The position numbers and the translations under genes were made by a program. From IMG/VR virus record IMGVR_UViG_3300033571_022960, positions 69,436-133,435 of that record: a DNA stretch of 64,000 nucleotides; one strand, written 5' to 3'. Below are positions 39,751 to 49,256 of this stretch, in pieces (the stretch's first letter is position 1; each line of letters opens with the position of its first letter). This DNA comes from a virus. The notes under the pieces are model-generated. The model ran no database searches. It was given only the letters and a program-made list of their open reading frames with translations, and was not told the DNA's origin.

Positions 39751-40194
39751 ATGGCATTTTTAATATCTACAACAAACCCAAACATCAAATTCTTAAATAA
39801 AAATGGTGGTTATGAATTGCCATCAACAGGAATATTAATGCGTTATGTTTATCAAACTTCTGAAAGAGGAAGAATGGTTAAACATTTTTTAACCTATAAA
39901 CTATCTGTTGAAAAAGAATTGGAAGGTTGGGATAATATAAGTGTAATGAAAATTACAACCGAACAAGATGAAAATGGTAATAATATAATTACAAGATTAG
40001 AGTTTCCCAATCAAATTGAAGTTGATATGACTGATGAATTAATTGGTCATCTTGAGATGGTGGTTAATACTTTAGTACCAAATCAACCAACATTTGTTAA
40101 AACAATATTGGGTCAACATTTGGTGATAAAAGAAGAATTGGAAAAAATATTGGGTAATGATTTTACCATTGAAATTAGATTGGATTTGGTTTGA
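39751..40194 (+). CDS. Hypothetical late protein
   Basis: ATATTTAT at 39730-39737. Confidence 0.7.
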   Translation: MAFLISTTNPNIKFLNKNGGYELPSTGILMRYVYQTSERGRMVKHFLTYKLSVEKELEGWDNISVMKITTEQDENGNNIITRLEFPNQIEVDMTDELIGHLEMVVNTLVPNQPTFVKTILGQHLVIKEELEKILGNDFTIEIRLDLV

Positions 40195-41786
40195 TGTTTC
40201 AAGAAATTATCAGAGAATTGATTCAAGAAGGTAGGTTGGATTTTTTGATTGAGAAATCCAATATGGATTATTATGACCTTTGGATTTGCATTAAAACTGA
40301 CCCAACTTCAATTGTTAATCCTGCAAATGAAAGTAATATAGATTTTAATAATGGTGATGAAAAATTGATACAATTTATAAGGGAAAATGTAAAAAAGGTT
40401 GGTGAATATACTAATTGGATTATTAGAAATTTCAATAAATTAAATTCTAATGAACAATATAGGTTCAGAATAGAGGATTTTGCAGAAGTTAATGAAAATC
40501 TATTATTTTTTCATAAATACAAAAATAAATTACCTTTAAAGTGGAATAAATATGAAAGAAATTTAAGTCAATCACCTCAATATTATAATTTGAGAGATAT
40601 TAATAGTTATGGTACAATTAGTAATCCAGATGGTTTTTATGATTTATATTTAATACTTAAAGAATTTAAAATTACAGAATTACCACTTAAAGACCCAGCA
40701 GAATTAAAAAAAGAAATAAAAACCGTTTTTGATAATGAATTTTGGGGTGTCTATGTTCCACTTTCAAAAGAAAGTTCATGTTCATTAGGTAGTGGAACAA
40801 GATGGTGTACTGCAAGTAGAGGTGATTATAACCGATTCCAATATTATTCAGAACAAGGTGAATTAATTATAATATTTGATAAGAAAAATAATGAGAAATA
40901 TCAATTTCATTTGGAAAGTGAACAATTTATGGATAAAGATGATAACCAAATTGATTTAGTTAGTTTTTTAAATGAAAATCCTGATTTAAGTAAAGTATTA
41001 AATGATTATATTGAAAAGTCTGAAAATTATAATGATAATGAAAAATTTAATTTCTTTTTAAAATCTGGTAATGAGTTTAAATTAATGAATTTATGGGATA
41101 AATCAACAGATAAAAATATTTTTCATAATACAATAATTTATGTTTATTTGCAAAAACATAAAAAAATAACTGATGAAGAATTAAATAAATTCAAAAAAGA
41201 AGATTCAATTTATTTTCACGGTGGTAAATATTATCTTCGTTTTGAAGATTGGTGTGATGATAATTTAATTGATTTATTTAAAGAAGGAAGAAATACTGAT
41301 TGGAGATATGGTGCAAAGAAAATATTATGTCATGAAATGTATGATTGGTTTGACCACTTTGATAATATATCAATAAATGATATTAAATTAAATGATAAAA
41401 CAGAAGAAGAAATAAGAAAACATTATAATTTGGATAAGAATGTTAATTTGTTGGAATTTATTGAAGGAAATGAAGAACTATATGATATTATTAATCGTGC
41501 AAGTAATGATGCCTATGAAAGTGGAACATCAAATGAATATTGGGAAACTGTTGTTAATTCTTTAACAAGTGAGTTTGGTCAATATGAATATATTGATAAT
41601 AATGTTTGTTTTCCAATATCAATTTATGAAGATTGTGATTGGGATGAATTGGTTAAAGGTGAGAGTTTACTTTATTCTGTAAATCAGAAAAAAGATGGTT
41701 TGACTTATAAAGATTTAGATTACGTTAGTGGTTATGATATGGAAGTTTTTTATGATTCAATTATTGAACAATTGGGGGAACTTTAA
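40194..41786 (+). CDS. Large acidic protein with a PcfJ-like 'GTRWCTA' domain
   Basis: VYVPLSKESSCSLGSGTRWCTAS..FQYY..G.L..KYQFH. Confidence 0.65.
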   Translation: MFQEIIRELIQEGRLDFLIEKSNMDYYDLWICIKTDPTSIVNPANESNIDFNNGDEKLIQFIRENVKKVGEYTNWIIRNFNKLNSNEQYRFRIEDFAEVNENLLFFHKYKNKLPLKWNKYERNLSQSPQYYNLRDINSYGTISNPDGFYDLYLILKEFKITELPLKDPAELKKEIKTVFDNEFWGVYVPLSKESSCSLGSGTRWCTASRGDYNRFQYYSEQGELIIIFDKKNNEKYQFHLESEQFMDKDDNQIDLVSFLNENPDLSKVLNDYIEKSENYNDNEKFNFFLKSGNEFKLMNLWDKSTDKNIFHNTIIYVYLQKHKKITDEELNKFKKEDSIYFHGGKYYLRFEDWCDDNLIDLFKEGRNTDWRYGAKKILCHEMYDWFDHFDNISINDIKLNDKTEEEIRKHYNLDKNVNLLEFIEGNEELYDIINRASNDAYESGTSNEYWETVVNSLTSEFGQYEYIDNNVCFPISIYEDCDWDELVKGESLLYSVNQKKDGLTYKDLDYVSGYDMEVFYDSIIEQLGEL

Positions 41787-42154
41787 TATTGATTAAAAAA
41801 TTCTTTTTTGACCACCCAAATAGATTTACCATCACTTTCTGCATCAGTTGAAATGTACTGCAAAGTATCAGCGTATGATTGTGGTGTTTCCATATTAATC
41901 CATATAACCATTTCAACGGTATTACCTTCTTTAATCCACTTTGCAGCATCATCAAAATATTTATTCCACAATTCTTTTGCTTCATCAATTGTTCCTGAAC
42001 CAAAATGTCCTGTTCCCCTTCCATCCATCATAACAATTGTATCTGAAACATAAGGTTTATTTATATCCAATTCATCACCCTTATGAAAAGTTAAATCATT
42101 ATAGGATTCAAATAATAAATCCAATTGTTTTTCAGTTAAAATATATCTCACCAT
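41783..42154 (-). CDS. Small protein with ITEKQL-type N-terminus
   Basis: MVRYILTEKQLDLLFES. Confidence 0.65.
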   Translation of the reverse strand: MVRYILTEKQLDLLFESYNDLTFHKGDELDINKPYVSDTIVMMDGRGTGHFGSGTIDEAKELWNKYFDDAAKWIKEGNTVEMVIWINMETPQSYADTLQYISTDAESDGKSIWVVKKEFFNQY

Positions 42155-42198
42155 TATAATTATTTGATATTTTCGTTTTTTTTTCTTATCTTTATCGT

Positions 42199-42507
42199 AT
42201 GGTACTTGAAAATACTTTGGATAATTTAAGAAAAAAACGTTTTTTTAATCTGGTTGGTAAGAAAGTTTTGGTTAATCTTGATACTTATTTTGCAAATGGT
42301 AAAATTGTTAAATTTGATAAAGGTATTGGTTATGCAAACCAAACTGGTGAAAATAAGGAAAGTTTTTTAATTTCATTTGATAAAAATAAAATTGATGATA
42401 AGGGTTTATATATTTGGTTAAATTATAATGAAAATGGTAATTACATAGGTAATGGTTATTGTCGTTATTTTACCGAAAATCAAATAAATTTTAATGAATT
42501 TAAATAA
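42199..42507 (+). CDS. KTLxNL family member 11
   Basis: MVLENTLDNLRKKRFFN. Confidence 0.7.
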   Translation: MVLENTLDNLRKKRFFNLVGKKVLVNLDTYFANGKIVKFDKGIGYANQTGENKESFLISFDKNKIDDKGLYIWLNYNENGNYIGNGYCRYFTENQINFNEFK

Positions 42508-42751
42508 AACAATAGAAAATTTAAGAAATTCAAAGTCAAGATTTTTTAATCTTGGTGAAGTTATACTGACAGAAGATTTGGTTAAAATAGGGATTATTTT
42601 TAGAAGAAGTCCTGATTATGAACAATGTGAAATTATTAAAAATGATGGAAAATATATTGATTCATTTTTCAAATACAAAAATGAATTTTTGGAAGTTAGA
42701 TATTCATATCCAAAAAATCAATTATACAAATACAAAATAAAATTTAAATGA
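42494..42751 (+). CDS. KTLxNL family member 12
   Basis: MNLNKTIENLRNSKSRFFN. Confidence 0.75.
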   Translation: MNLNKTIENLRNSKSRFFNLGEVILTEDLVKIGIIFRRSPDYEQCEIIKNDGKYIDSFFKYKNEFLEVRYSYPKNQLYKYKIKFK

Positions 42752-43410
42752 AAAAATTTGTAATTGGTGATATTCACGGAGAATTGGCAAAATTAAAATC
42801 AGTTTTGGAAAAATCCTCATTTGATAAGGATGTGGATTTATTGATAACTTTGGGGGATTATGTTGATAGGGGTTTGGATTCATTTGGGGTGGTTGAGGAA
42901 TTATTAACCGTTAAAAATAGAATTTCATTAATGGGAAATCATGATTATTGGTTTTTGGAATATATAAATTCTGGGATTCATCCAGCGGAAATTTATGGAA
43001 GAAACACAATAAAATCATATAATGGTGAAATACCGCAAACCCATAAAGAGTTTTTTAATTCCCTATTACCTTATTATGTTGATGATGAAAATCGTTGTTT
43101 TGTTCATGGAGGATTTAATAGACATTTTAAAATTGGGGAACAATACATGAAAGATATATATTGGTGGGATAGAGACCTTTTTGCAATTGCACTTTCGCAC
43201 CCAAAAGAAAATAAGTTAAAAACAAAGGAAAATTTTTCCGAAATTTATGTTGGTCACTCACCAACACAACTTTGGTATAAAGATACACCAATAAATGCAA
43301 ATATTATGTGGAATTTGGATACAGGTTGCGGAAAAAAGAATATAAATGGAATGGAAACAAAGTTAACAATAATGAATTTGGAAACAAAAGAATTTTGGCA
43401 AAACAATTAA
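42748..43410 (+). CDS. Calcineurin-like metallophosphoesterase (Ser/Thr phosphatase type)
   Basis: GDIHG, GDYVDRG, GNHD, HGG, VGH. Confidence 0.85.
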   Translation: MKKFVIGDIHGELAKLKSVLEKSSFDKDVDLLITLGDYVDRGLDSFGVVEELLTVKNRISLMGNHDYWFLEYINSGIHPAEIYGRNTIKSYNGEIPQTHKEFFNSLLPYYVDDENRCFVHGGFNRHFKIGEQYMKDIYWWDRDLFAIALSHPKENKLKTKENFSEIYVGHSPTQLWYKDTPINANIMWNLDTGCGKKNINGMETKLTIMNLETKEFWQNN

Positions 43411-43411
43411 A

Positions 43412-43672
43412 ATGAAAATTAACAAAACATTAAATAATTTAAAAAAATCAAAAAACGGTTTCTTCAACGTAAGTGGTAGGAGAAGTATTACATTTGATAT
43501 ATTAAAAAATGAATTAATATTTTATTTTAAATCACCTTATGGTGTTTATCGAATTTACTTTAATAAAAATTCACTACAATCAATAGGAAGGGATTATTTC
43601 ACATACAATAATTGGTTGTTAAATATTAAAGATTATTATAATAATGATTATTATGTTCCTTATATAAAATGA
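43412..43672 (+). CDS. KTLxNL family member 13
   Basis: MKINKTLNNLKKSKNGFFN. Confidence 0.75.
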   Translation: MKINKTLNNLKKSKNGFFNVSGRRSITFDILKNELIFYFKSPYGVYRIYFNKNSLQSIGRDYFTYNNWLLNIKDYYNNDYYVPYIK

Positions 43673-43699
43673 ATAGAAAGAAATAAAATTTTATAAAAA

Positions 43700-44002
43700 A
43701 TGAATTTAAATAAAACAATAAAAAATTTAAGAAAATCAAATAAATCCTTTTTTAATATTACTTATAAGTGTTATATAAATTTGGATTTATTAAAAGAAGG
43801 AATTGAATTTTATTTTAAGGTGGAATATAAAAAATTTAAATACACATATAAAAAGTGTGGAATACGTGAATTATATCTAATACGTGAATTATATCTAACC
43901 CATTCTTTTTATTTGGTTAATAAATATGGTCATTATTATCCTTATGTGTATAAAAATGAAATTTTTAAAAATAACAAAAATTTTTACATGTTTTTAATTT
44001 AA
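43700..44002 (+). CDS. KTLxNL family member 14
   Basis: MNLNKTIKNLRKSNKSFFN. Confidence 0.75.
   Translation: MNLNKTIKNLRKSNKSFFNITYKCYINLDLLKEGIEFYFKVEYKKFKYTYKKCGIRELYLIRELYLTHSFYLVNKYGHYYPYVYKNEIFKNNKNFYMFLI
43861..43898 (+). repeat. 18-bp tandem duplication (IRELYL x2)
   Basis: aatacgtgaattatatct x2. Confidence 0.9.
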
Positions 44003-44008
44003 AATAAA

Positions 44009-44296
44009 ATGAAACTGAATAAAACAATAGAAAATTTAAGAAATTCAAATAAATCCTTTTTTAATTTGAAAAAAGGGGATGTTATTAATTTTGATTTATT
44101 GAAATCTGAAATAAAATTTTATATGAATATAGATAAGATTGTTTATAATTGGAAAAAAGAAAAATTATTAAGATATGTTAGTGATAGATTTTCTTGTTAC
44201 TACACAGTTAATAAATATGGTGATTATTATCCTTATGTTCAAATAAATGAATTAATAATGATTGAAGAAATTTTTTTTATGAGATTAGTTAAATAA
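44009..44296 (+). CDS. KTLxNL family member 15
   Basis: MKLNKTIENLRNSNKSFFN. Confidence 0.75.
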   Translation: MKLNKTIENLRNSNKSFFNLKKGDVINFDLLKSEIKFYMNIDKIVYNWKKEKLLRYVSDRFSCYYTVNKYGDYYPYVQINELIMIEEIFFMRLVK

Positions 44297-44707
44297 ATTC
44301 TTAAAAAAATATTGCAAAATTTTTTTGACTTTAACAAAAAATTGGGGGGTATATATTAATTTGGGTGAAAATCCTTTATAAAATTCATTAAGAAATTCTT
44401 TAGTTTGAATCGGAGATTCTTGAATCTGAATTTTGAAATTGAATTTTGGGTTGCGGATTTAGAAGTACCTCACCCCCTTAAAAAAGGGGTGTACCACCCC
44501 AGTACCCTAACAGGGGATACCCAACTACCCAGTGCAATAGGTGTTGCCACCATATTAAAGGGTAATGTGCCTTATCCCAATTATTCTTCCCCTTCATCCC
44601 AATTAAAGGATTTAACAATAACTTGCTCAGGTTCTCTAAAATAGATTTTTTTCATAATGTAAGAAATTATTATAATGGTTAAAGTAATCATATAAAATAA
44701 ATAGTAT

Positions 44708-45004
44708 CTAAAATACTTCCTCTCCTTTTAATTTATAATACTTATTAATCCCCATGATAAGATTAATATAATCATTTTCATTAATAACCCCAATGTGTAA
44801 ACCTTTAATACAATTAACCACTTGTGTCTTAACTCCCAATGATTCAGAATGTGTGGATAGTTTAAAGAACAAATCAGTTATCTTTTTAATGTTTTGAGGT
44901 TTTGTGGTAACTTCATTAACCAATATTTTAACAATACCCAATATGTTTTTATCAACATCAGGATTATTTTCAAGTGCCGAGTATTTTTCAATTAGTTTTT
45001 CCAT
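44708..45004 (-). CDS. Hypothetical early protein
   Basis: TAACTTTG box 4 nt upstream. Confidence 0.7.
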   Translation of the reverse strand: MEKLIEKYSALENNPDVDKNILGIVKILVNEVTTKPQNIKKITDLFFKLSTHSESLGVKTQVVNCIKGLHIGVINENDYINLIMGINKYYKLKGEEVF

Positions 45005-45024
45005 ACATCAAAGTTACAAAAAAA

Positions 45025-45294
45025 TTATTTAAAATGGAAGAGTTCCAACAAATTTTTATTTTTATTATTCAATACAATATTAATACAATCAAGTAAGTGG
45101 TCAATATCTTCACATTCACATACCAATCCTTTCATATCATCACCTTCCACAATGAATTTTCCTTCTAATGGGTTAAATTGATGTACAACCATAAAAGTAT
45201 CAGTTGTAATGATAACCGTTGGTTTAGTGGGTATATTTGTTTTTCTTACAAATATTTGTGCCAATGGATATACTTGTTTTGTGTCTATTTTCAT
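45025..45294 (-). CDS. Hypothetical protein
   Basis: 89-aa ORF. Confidence 0.65.
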   Translation of the reverse strand: MKIDTKQVYPLAQIFVRKTNIPTKPTVIITTDTFMVVHQFNPLEGKFIVEGDDMKGLVCECEDIDHLLDCINIVLNNKNKNLLELFHFK

Positions 45295-45297
45295 AAT

Positions 45298-45852
45298 TTA
45301 AACTTTTTTATAAAGGGTTTCACCATTTGAAAATCTTCCAACCACTTCCAAAGGTTCAGAATTTTCTTCATATATTTTTTCAATAATATTTACAAGTTCT
45401 TCCTTTGTGGTTTCAATCCATTTTAAGACGTTTTTTGACTGTATTTTTGAAAAACCTATGTTCCATTCATTGTTATAGGTTAAACTGTCTGTAATGTCAT
45501 CTAATTGAGGAATTTCATCAATATAGTCTTTACCTTCAATTTCAACTTCAATAAACCAATCCAAATTACAACCTTCATAATAACCTGAACGTATTACAGA
45601 ATAAATTGATACAGAAATAAAGGTATTACCATAACATTTCCATTTGGTTAATCTACCTAAAACATTTGAGGGATAAGAACGTAATTCGTATGTATCAGTT
45701 CCACCAGATGAAAAATTAAGTGATGAAGTTTTTGATGTATTGGATAATTCTGATATTAAATTATCTTTTAAATCATCATATTCCCAATCTTCTTGAATTT
45801 CTATTGAGTAAATTCTCCCTGAATTAACATTGTGAAAATTTGATGTTCCCAT
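45298..45852 (-). CDS. Hypothetical protein
   Basis: 184 aa; RSGYYEG.NLD, ending FSNGETLY. Confidence 0.7.
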   Translation of the reverse strand: MGTSNFHNVNSGRIYSIEIQEDWEYDDLKDNLISELSNTSKTSSLNFSSGGTDTYELRSYPSNVLGRLTKWKCYGNTFISVSIYSVIRSGYYEGCNLDWFIEVEIEGKDYIDEIPQLDDITDSLTYNNEWNIGFSKIQSKNVLKWIETTKEELVNIIEKIYEENSEPLEVVGRFSNGETLYKKV

Positions 45853-46066
45853 GTGTGTTTCAATTTTAATTTTTTATAATAAATCCATTATTCTTTTACC
45901 CATTTCCCAACCTTCTTCTGTTGGTTTTATTCTCATAAAAGGTGAAGGGTCAATTCTACTTTCAAAGAAGTGTGGGTCTAACTACCACAAAAAAATTCAC
46001 CTAACCCTAATCCTTTGTGTAAAGATAGGTATAGTTTTTCTAAGTGCCAAATTTATTGTGTTAACT

Positions 46067-46100
46067 AATTGTTAAGAAAATTGGGTAGTTCTTAACAATT
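46067..46100. promoter_or_regulatory. Palindromic operator-like site
   Basis: AATTGTTAAGAA-N10-TTCTTAACAATT. Confidence 0.55.
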
Positions 46101-46209
46101 TTTTAATTTGGAAATTCCAAATTAATTTCCTAACTTTGTCCTGGTGCACGTATGTTTTTTAAAAAAGTTTACAAAGATACAACAAATTTCTGAATTATGG
46201 TAGTGGAAT

Positions 46210-46230
46210 TTATCAACATTATGTGGATAA
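46210..46230. promoter_or_regulatory. Inverted DnaA-box pair
   Basis: TTATCAACA-N3-TGTGGATAA (one perfect TTATCCACA box). Confidence 0.6.
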
Positions 46231-46247
46231 CTTTTTTGATAAAAAAG

Positions 46248-46285
46248 AAATTCCGTACCCACAACAACAGAGTACGGAATTTTTT
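46248..46285. terminator. Intrinsic terminator (possibly bidirectional)
   Basis: AAATTCCGTAC-N13-GTACGGAATTT plus T run. Confidence 0.75.
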
Positions 46286-46375
46286 AATATTAAATAAACG
46301 TTATATTTTTAAAATTGTATAATAAGATTTTTCCTTTATGGTTGACCTCTGATTTTTATTAACATTTCCGAAATT

Positions 46376-46603
46376 TTAATTAACTCTATTTTTTAATATT
46401 TCCAATTCACGATTGATACGTTCAATATCCTTCGGATTCAAATCAGTTTTTTTCTTTAAGTGAGTTTTTCCTTCACCATTTCTTTCAGGTTTTTTTCCTG
46501 ATTTTAACTGTTTTTCCAAACGTTCAATCGTTCTTTTTCTACGTTCAACGGTTCTTGAATCCATTTGAGGTTTTTTCGGAGTTTTTACTTTTTGTTTCAA
46601 CAT
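46376..46603 (-). CDS. Small basic protein
   Basis: Lys/Arg-rich, 75 aa. Confidence 0.6.
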   Translation of the reverse strand: MLKQKVKTPKKPQMDSRTVERRKRTIERLEKQLKSGKKPERNGEGKTHLKKKTDLNPKDIERINRELEILKNRVN

Positions 46604-46613
46604 AGGGTTTTTT

Positions 46614-46940
46614 TTAAATAGGTTTTGAAATATTATTTGTTTTTCTACCTATATAAAACTTTATACTCCAATTCCCACACCAACAAACTGTTCCCAATGG
46701 TTTATCCCTTTGATAAAATAAATGTTGTTCCATACCATTTTTCTCACATATAATACCAATTAAGGGGTGAGTTCTGGGAATTACCCATTGATTTGTTTTA
46801 ATATCAATAAACGGTTTAATGTGTACGGTATCACCGATTTCAAAGGGTTTTTCAATTATTGGTTCAGGAGTTATGGGGGTTATTTCATCTTTTTGACAAG
46901 AAACAAATATAACCAACAAGAATAATGAAATTAATCTCAT
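46614..46940 (-). CDS. Putative lipoprotein (start corrected to ATG46940)
   Basis: MRLISLFLLVIFVSC lipobox-like. Confidence 0.6.
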   Translation of the reverse strand: MRLISLFLLVIFVSCQKDEITPITPEPIIEKPFEIGDTVHIKPFIDIKTNQWVIPRTHPLIGIICEKNGMEQHLFYQRDKPLGTVCWCGNWSIKFYIGRKTNNISKPI

Positions 46941-47005
46941 ATATAAAGTTTTAAAAGGTTTTGGGTAAAATGGGGTTGAAATCAACCCCATTCCCATTAA
47001 ATTTT

Positions 47006-47665
47006 TTAGATATGTAAGATTTTCATCAAACCTGAAACAACATCTTGTGGTAATGTGGTAACAGATTTTAAGTATTCATAATGATTATCTTTAACATAAC
47101 CCTTTCCTTCCTTATCCGATTTTACAGAACGTATCAAATTTTCAATAATCTGAAACTGTAACTGTAAACCCTTATCTAAGGAATTTTCTTTTTCAAAATT
47201 TTTGGTGGAACGTTGAATTTGGTAAACTCTTCCTGATGAAATTACACCTGATTCAATCCAATTTCTTACTTTTTTGTATTTGGTTAATAATCTACCAAAA
47301 CGAAGTTTTCTACCAACTTCACCCTGATGTCTGCCCAATATTACAGAAATTTGTTTTAAGGTTTTACCTGATTCAAACATTTCAACAATTTGTAATGTTT
47401 CCTCAACCATATCCAAACCATCTGAATTTCTTTTAACGGTTTTGGTTTCCTGTATTGGTGAAGTCCACATTTTTGTTTCCTCATCTTGGTTAATTTCAAC
47501 CTCAAGACGATTCATTTTGTGTCTTGTCTTGTCTGGTGTCCAACCAAAGTGTTCACCAACACGTTTACGAAGTTCAGTTAATGTGCCAACCACTTTTAAT
47601 TGGTTAACAACTTCTTCGATTTGTTCTTTAGTAACTTCTGTTACCTGATTTTTCAAATTCTCCAT
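47006..47665 (-). CDS. Putative HTH DNA-binding protein
   Basis: GKTLKQISVILGRHQGEVGRKL helix-turn-helix-like segment. Confidence 0.5.
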   Translation of the reverse strand: MENLKNQVTEVTKEQIEEVVNQLKVVGTLTELRKRVGEHFGWTPDKTRHKMNRLEVEINQDEETKMWTSPIQETKTVKRNSDGLDMVEETLQIVEMFESGKTLKQISVILGRHQGEVGRKLRFGRLLTKYKKVRNWIESGVISSGRVYQIQRSTKNFEKENSLDKGLQLQFQIIENLIRSVKSDKEGKGYVKDNHYEYLKSVTTLPQDVVSGLMKILHI

Positions 47666-47757
47666 TGTTTTGTTTTTTTTTTAAGGGTTAATTAATTTGA
47701 TGATGTAAAGGTAATATTTTATTTCGGTATTTCAAAATTTTTTGTGTTAAGAAATTG

Positions 47758-48066
47758 TTAAGGATTTTGAAAGGTTTCTTCAAAAGTTCCATACAAATCA
47801 AGGTTTAAAAATTCGATTTGATAGTTATCTATCACAGAATTTTCATAATGAATTATTAATTCATTCGATAAAATAATTTCACCTTCAATTTTATCTAAAT
47901 TAAACCCTATTTTAGATAATAAAGATTTTATATCCTTATGTATTTTATTTAACAGTTCATTATGATTTTCTTCACACAAAATATTATCATCCAAAATCAC
48001 TTCCCAAATACCATTTTCATCTTCTTTTTCTGAATAAACCAAACCATTCAATAATTCTTTTTTCAT
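47758..48066 (-). CDS. Hypothetical protein
   Basis: 102-aa ORF. Confidence 0.65.
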   Translation of the reverse strand: MKKELLNGLVYSEKEDENGIWEVILDDNILCEENHNELLNKIHKDIKSLLSKIGFNLDKIEGEIILSNELIIHYENSVIDNYQIEFLNLDLYGTFEETFQNP

Positions 48067-48099
48067 AACTACAATTATTTTCTGATATTTACAAATACT

Positions 48100-48393
48100 T
48101 TAACACATATTTTTTTCCTCAATACGAACTGAATCACCTGTATTAAAATTTCTTTCAATATTTCCAATGTGTACAGTTTCCCTCATATTAGGATTTTCCT
48201 TTAATAGAATTGGGTAATACCAACCACCACATATATAGAAATGATTATATCCAAATTTTTCAATTTCAACAAAATCACCATTGATATTAGGAATTTTTCC
48301 CATTTGTTCTTGACTGTAACATATTGGGGAATTTCCATCAAATATGAAAGAAAATAATTTCAATTTTTCTTTATTTGTTAAGTTAGTGTTCAT
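48100..48393 (-). CDS. Hypothetical protein
   Basis: 97-aa ORF. Confidence 0.65.
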   Translation of the reverse strand: MNTNLTNKEKLKLFSFIFDGNSPICYSQEQMGKIPNINGDFVEIEKFGYNHFYICGGWYYPILLKENPNMRETVHIGNIERNFNTGDSVRIEEKNMC

Positions 48394-48404
48394 TGTTCAG
48401 AGTT

Positions 48405-48782
48405 TTAAATATAATTAATAATATTATTCAAATGAAAACTTTTTATATCTTCATTTTCGTATGTGATAATACCACTACCTGAAAACATTTTTTTATTTCT
48501 TGTAAACTCAATTAAGAAAATTATTTCTTTTATTGTTTCACCATCAAATCTAATATCAATCTGTGAAAAACTTGAAAAAGAAATTCCATACATTAAATAA
48601 ATGAAATATATGTCATTTTCTATTTTTCTTAATAACTCTTCACAAGAATTACATTCAGAAAATTTAATTTGTTTTACTTTTTTTAGTTCAGACTTTTTTG
48701 GTAATTCAAAATAAAACCAATAAGTACCTATATTGTTATTAAATTCAATAAGTTCTTCTTCTAATAATCTTTTATGATTCAT
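48405..48782 (-). CDS. Hypothetical protein
   Basis: 125-aa ORF; promoter box near 48803. Confidence 0.65.
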   Translation of the reverse strand: MNHKRLLEEELIEFNNNIGTYWFYFELPKKSELKKVKQIKFSECNSCEELLRKIENDIYFIYLMYGISFSSFSQIDIRFDGETIKEIIFLIEFTRNKKMFSGSGIITYENEDIKSFHLNNIINYI

Positions 48783-48838
48783 TGTTCAGATTTTTTAAGG
48801 TGATGTAAAACTACATTTATTTTCTGATATTTCCAAAT

Positions 48839-49222
48839 TTACTTTGTTAAGAAATTGTTAAGTAAACTGTTACCATAAAATTCATCATTAATTTCAATTT
48901 TTACTGATATTATATTATATTCAGTAAAATTTACACCATTTTTTTGGAATTTGATATAAATTGGTACTGATATAATTTTTTCGTTTCCTCTATCATCTTC
49001 ACCTAAAAACATTTCACCGTATATATGAATTATAGTGATATTATTATCTTCTTCTATATGATTTATAATATCACTATAATCATTTTCTCTTAAAAACTCA
49101 ATAGTTTCATCAATTTCCGAATAAACATTTTTGGGTATAAAACCTTTACGTTTTAACGTTTTCCAAATTTTTCTTATAAATAGAAAATCCTTTTTTTTCA
49201 TAATCATTTTGTTTTTGTTCAT
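48839..49222 (-). CDS. Hypothetical protein (true start probably a downstream Met)
   Basis: 127-aa ORF; first ATG abuts the -7 box. Confidence 0.65.
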   Translation of the reverse strand: MNKNKMIMKKKDFLFIRKIWKTLKRKGFIPKNVYSEIDETIEFLRENDYSDIINHIEEDNNITIIHIYGEMFLGEDDRGNEKIISVPIYIKFQKNGVNFTEYNIISVKIEINDEFYGNSLLNNFLTK

Positions 49223-49256
49223 GTAAAACTACAATTATTTTCTAACAAATCCAAAT

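Noticed and set aside
44405-44644. Plus-strand ORF of 79 aa
   Set aside because: TTG start and atypical composition; open because of the GC-rich structured island
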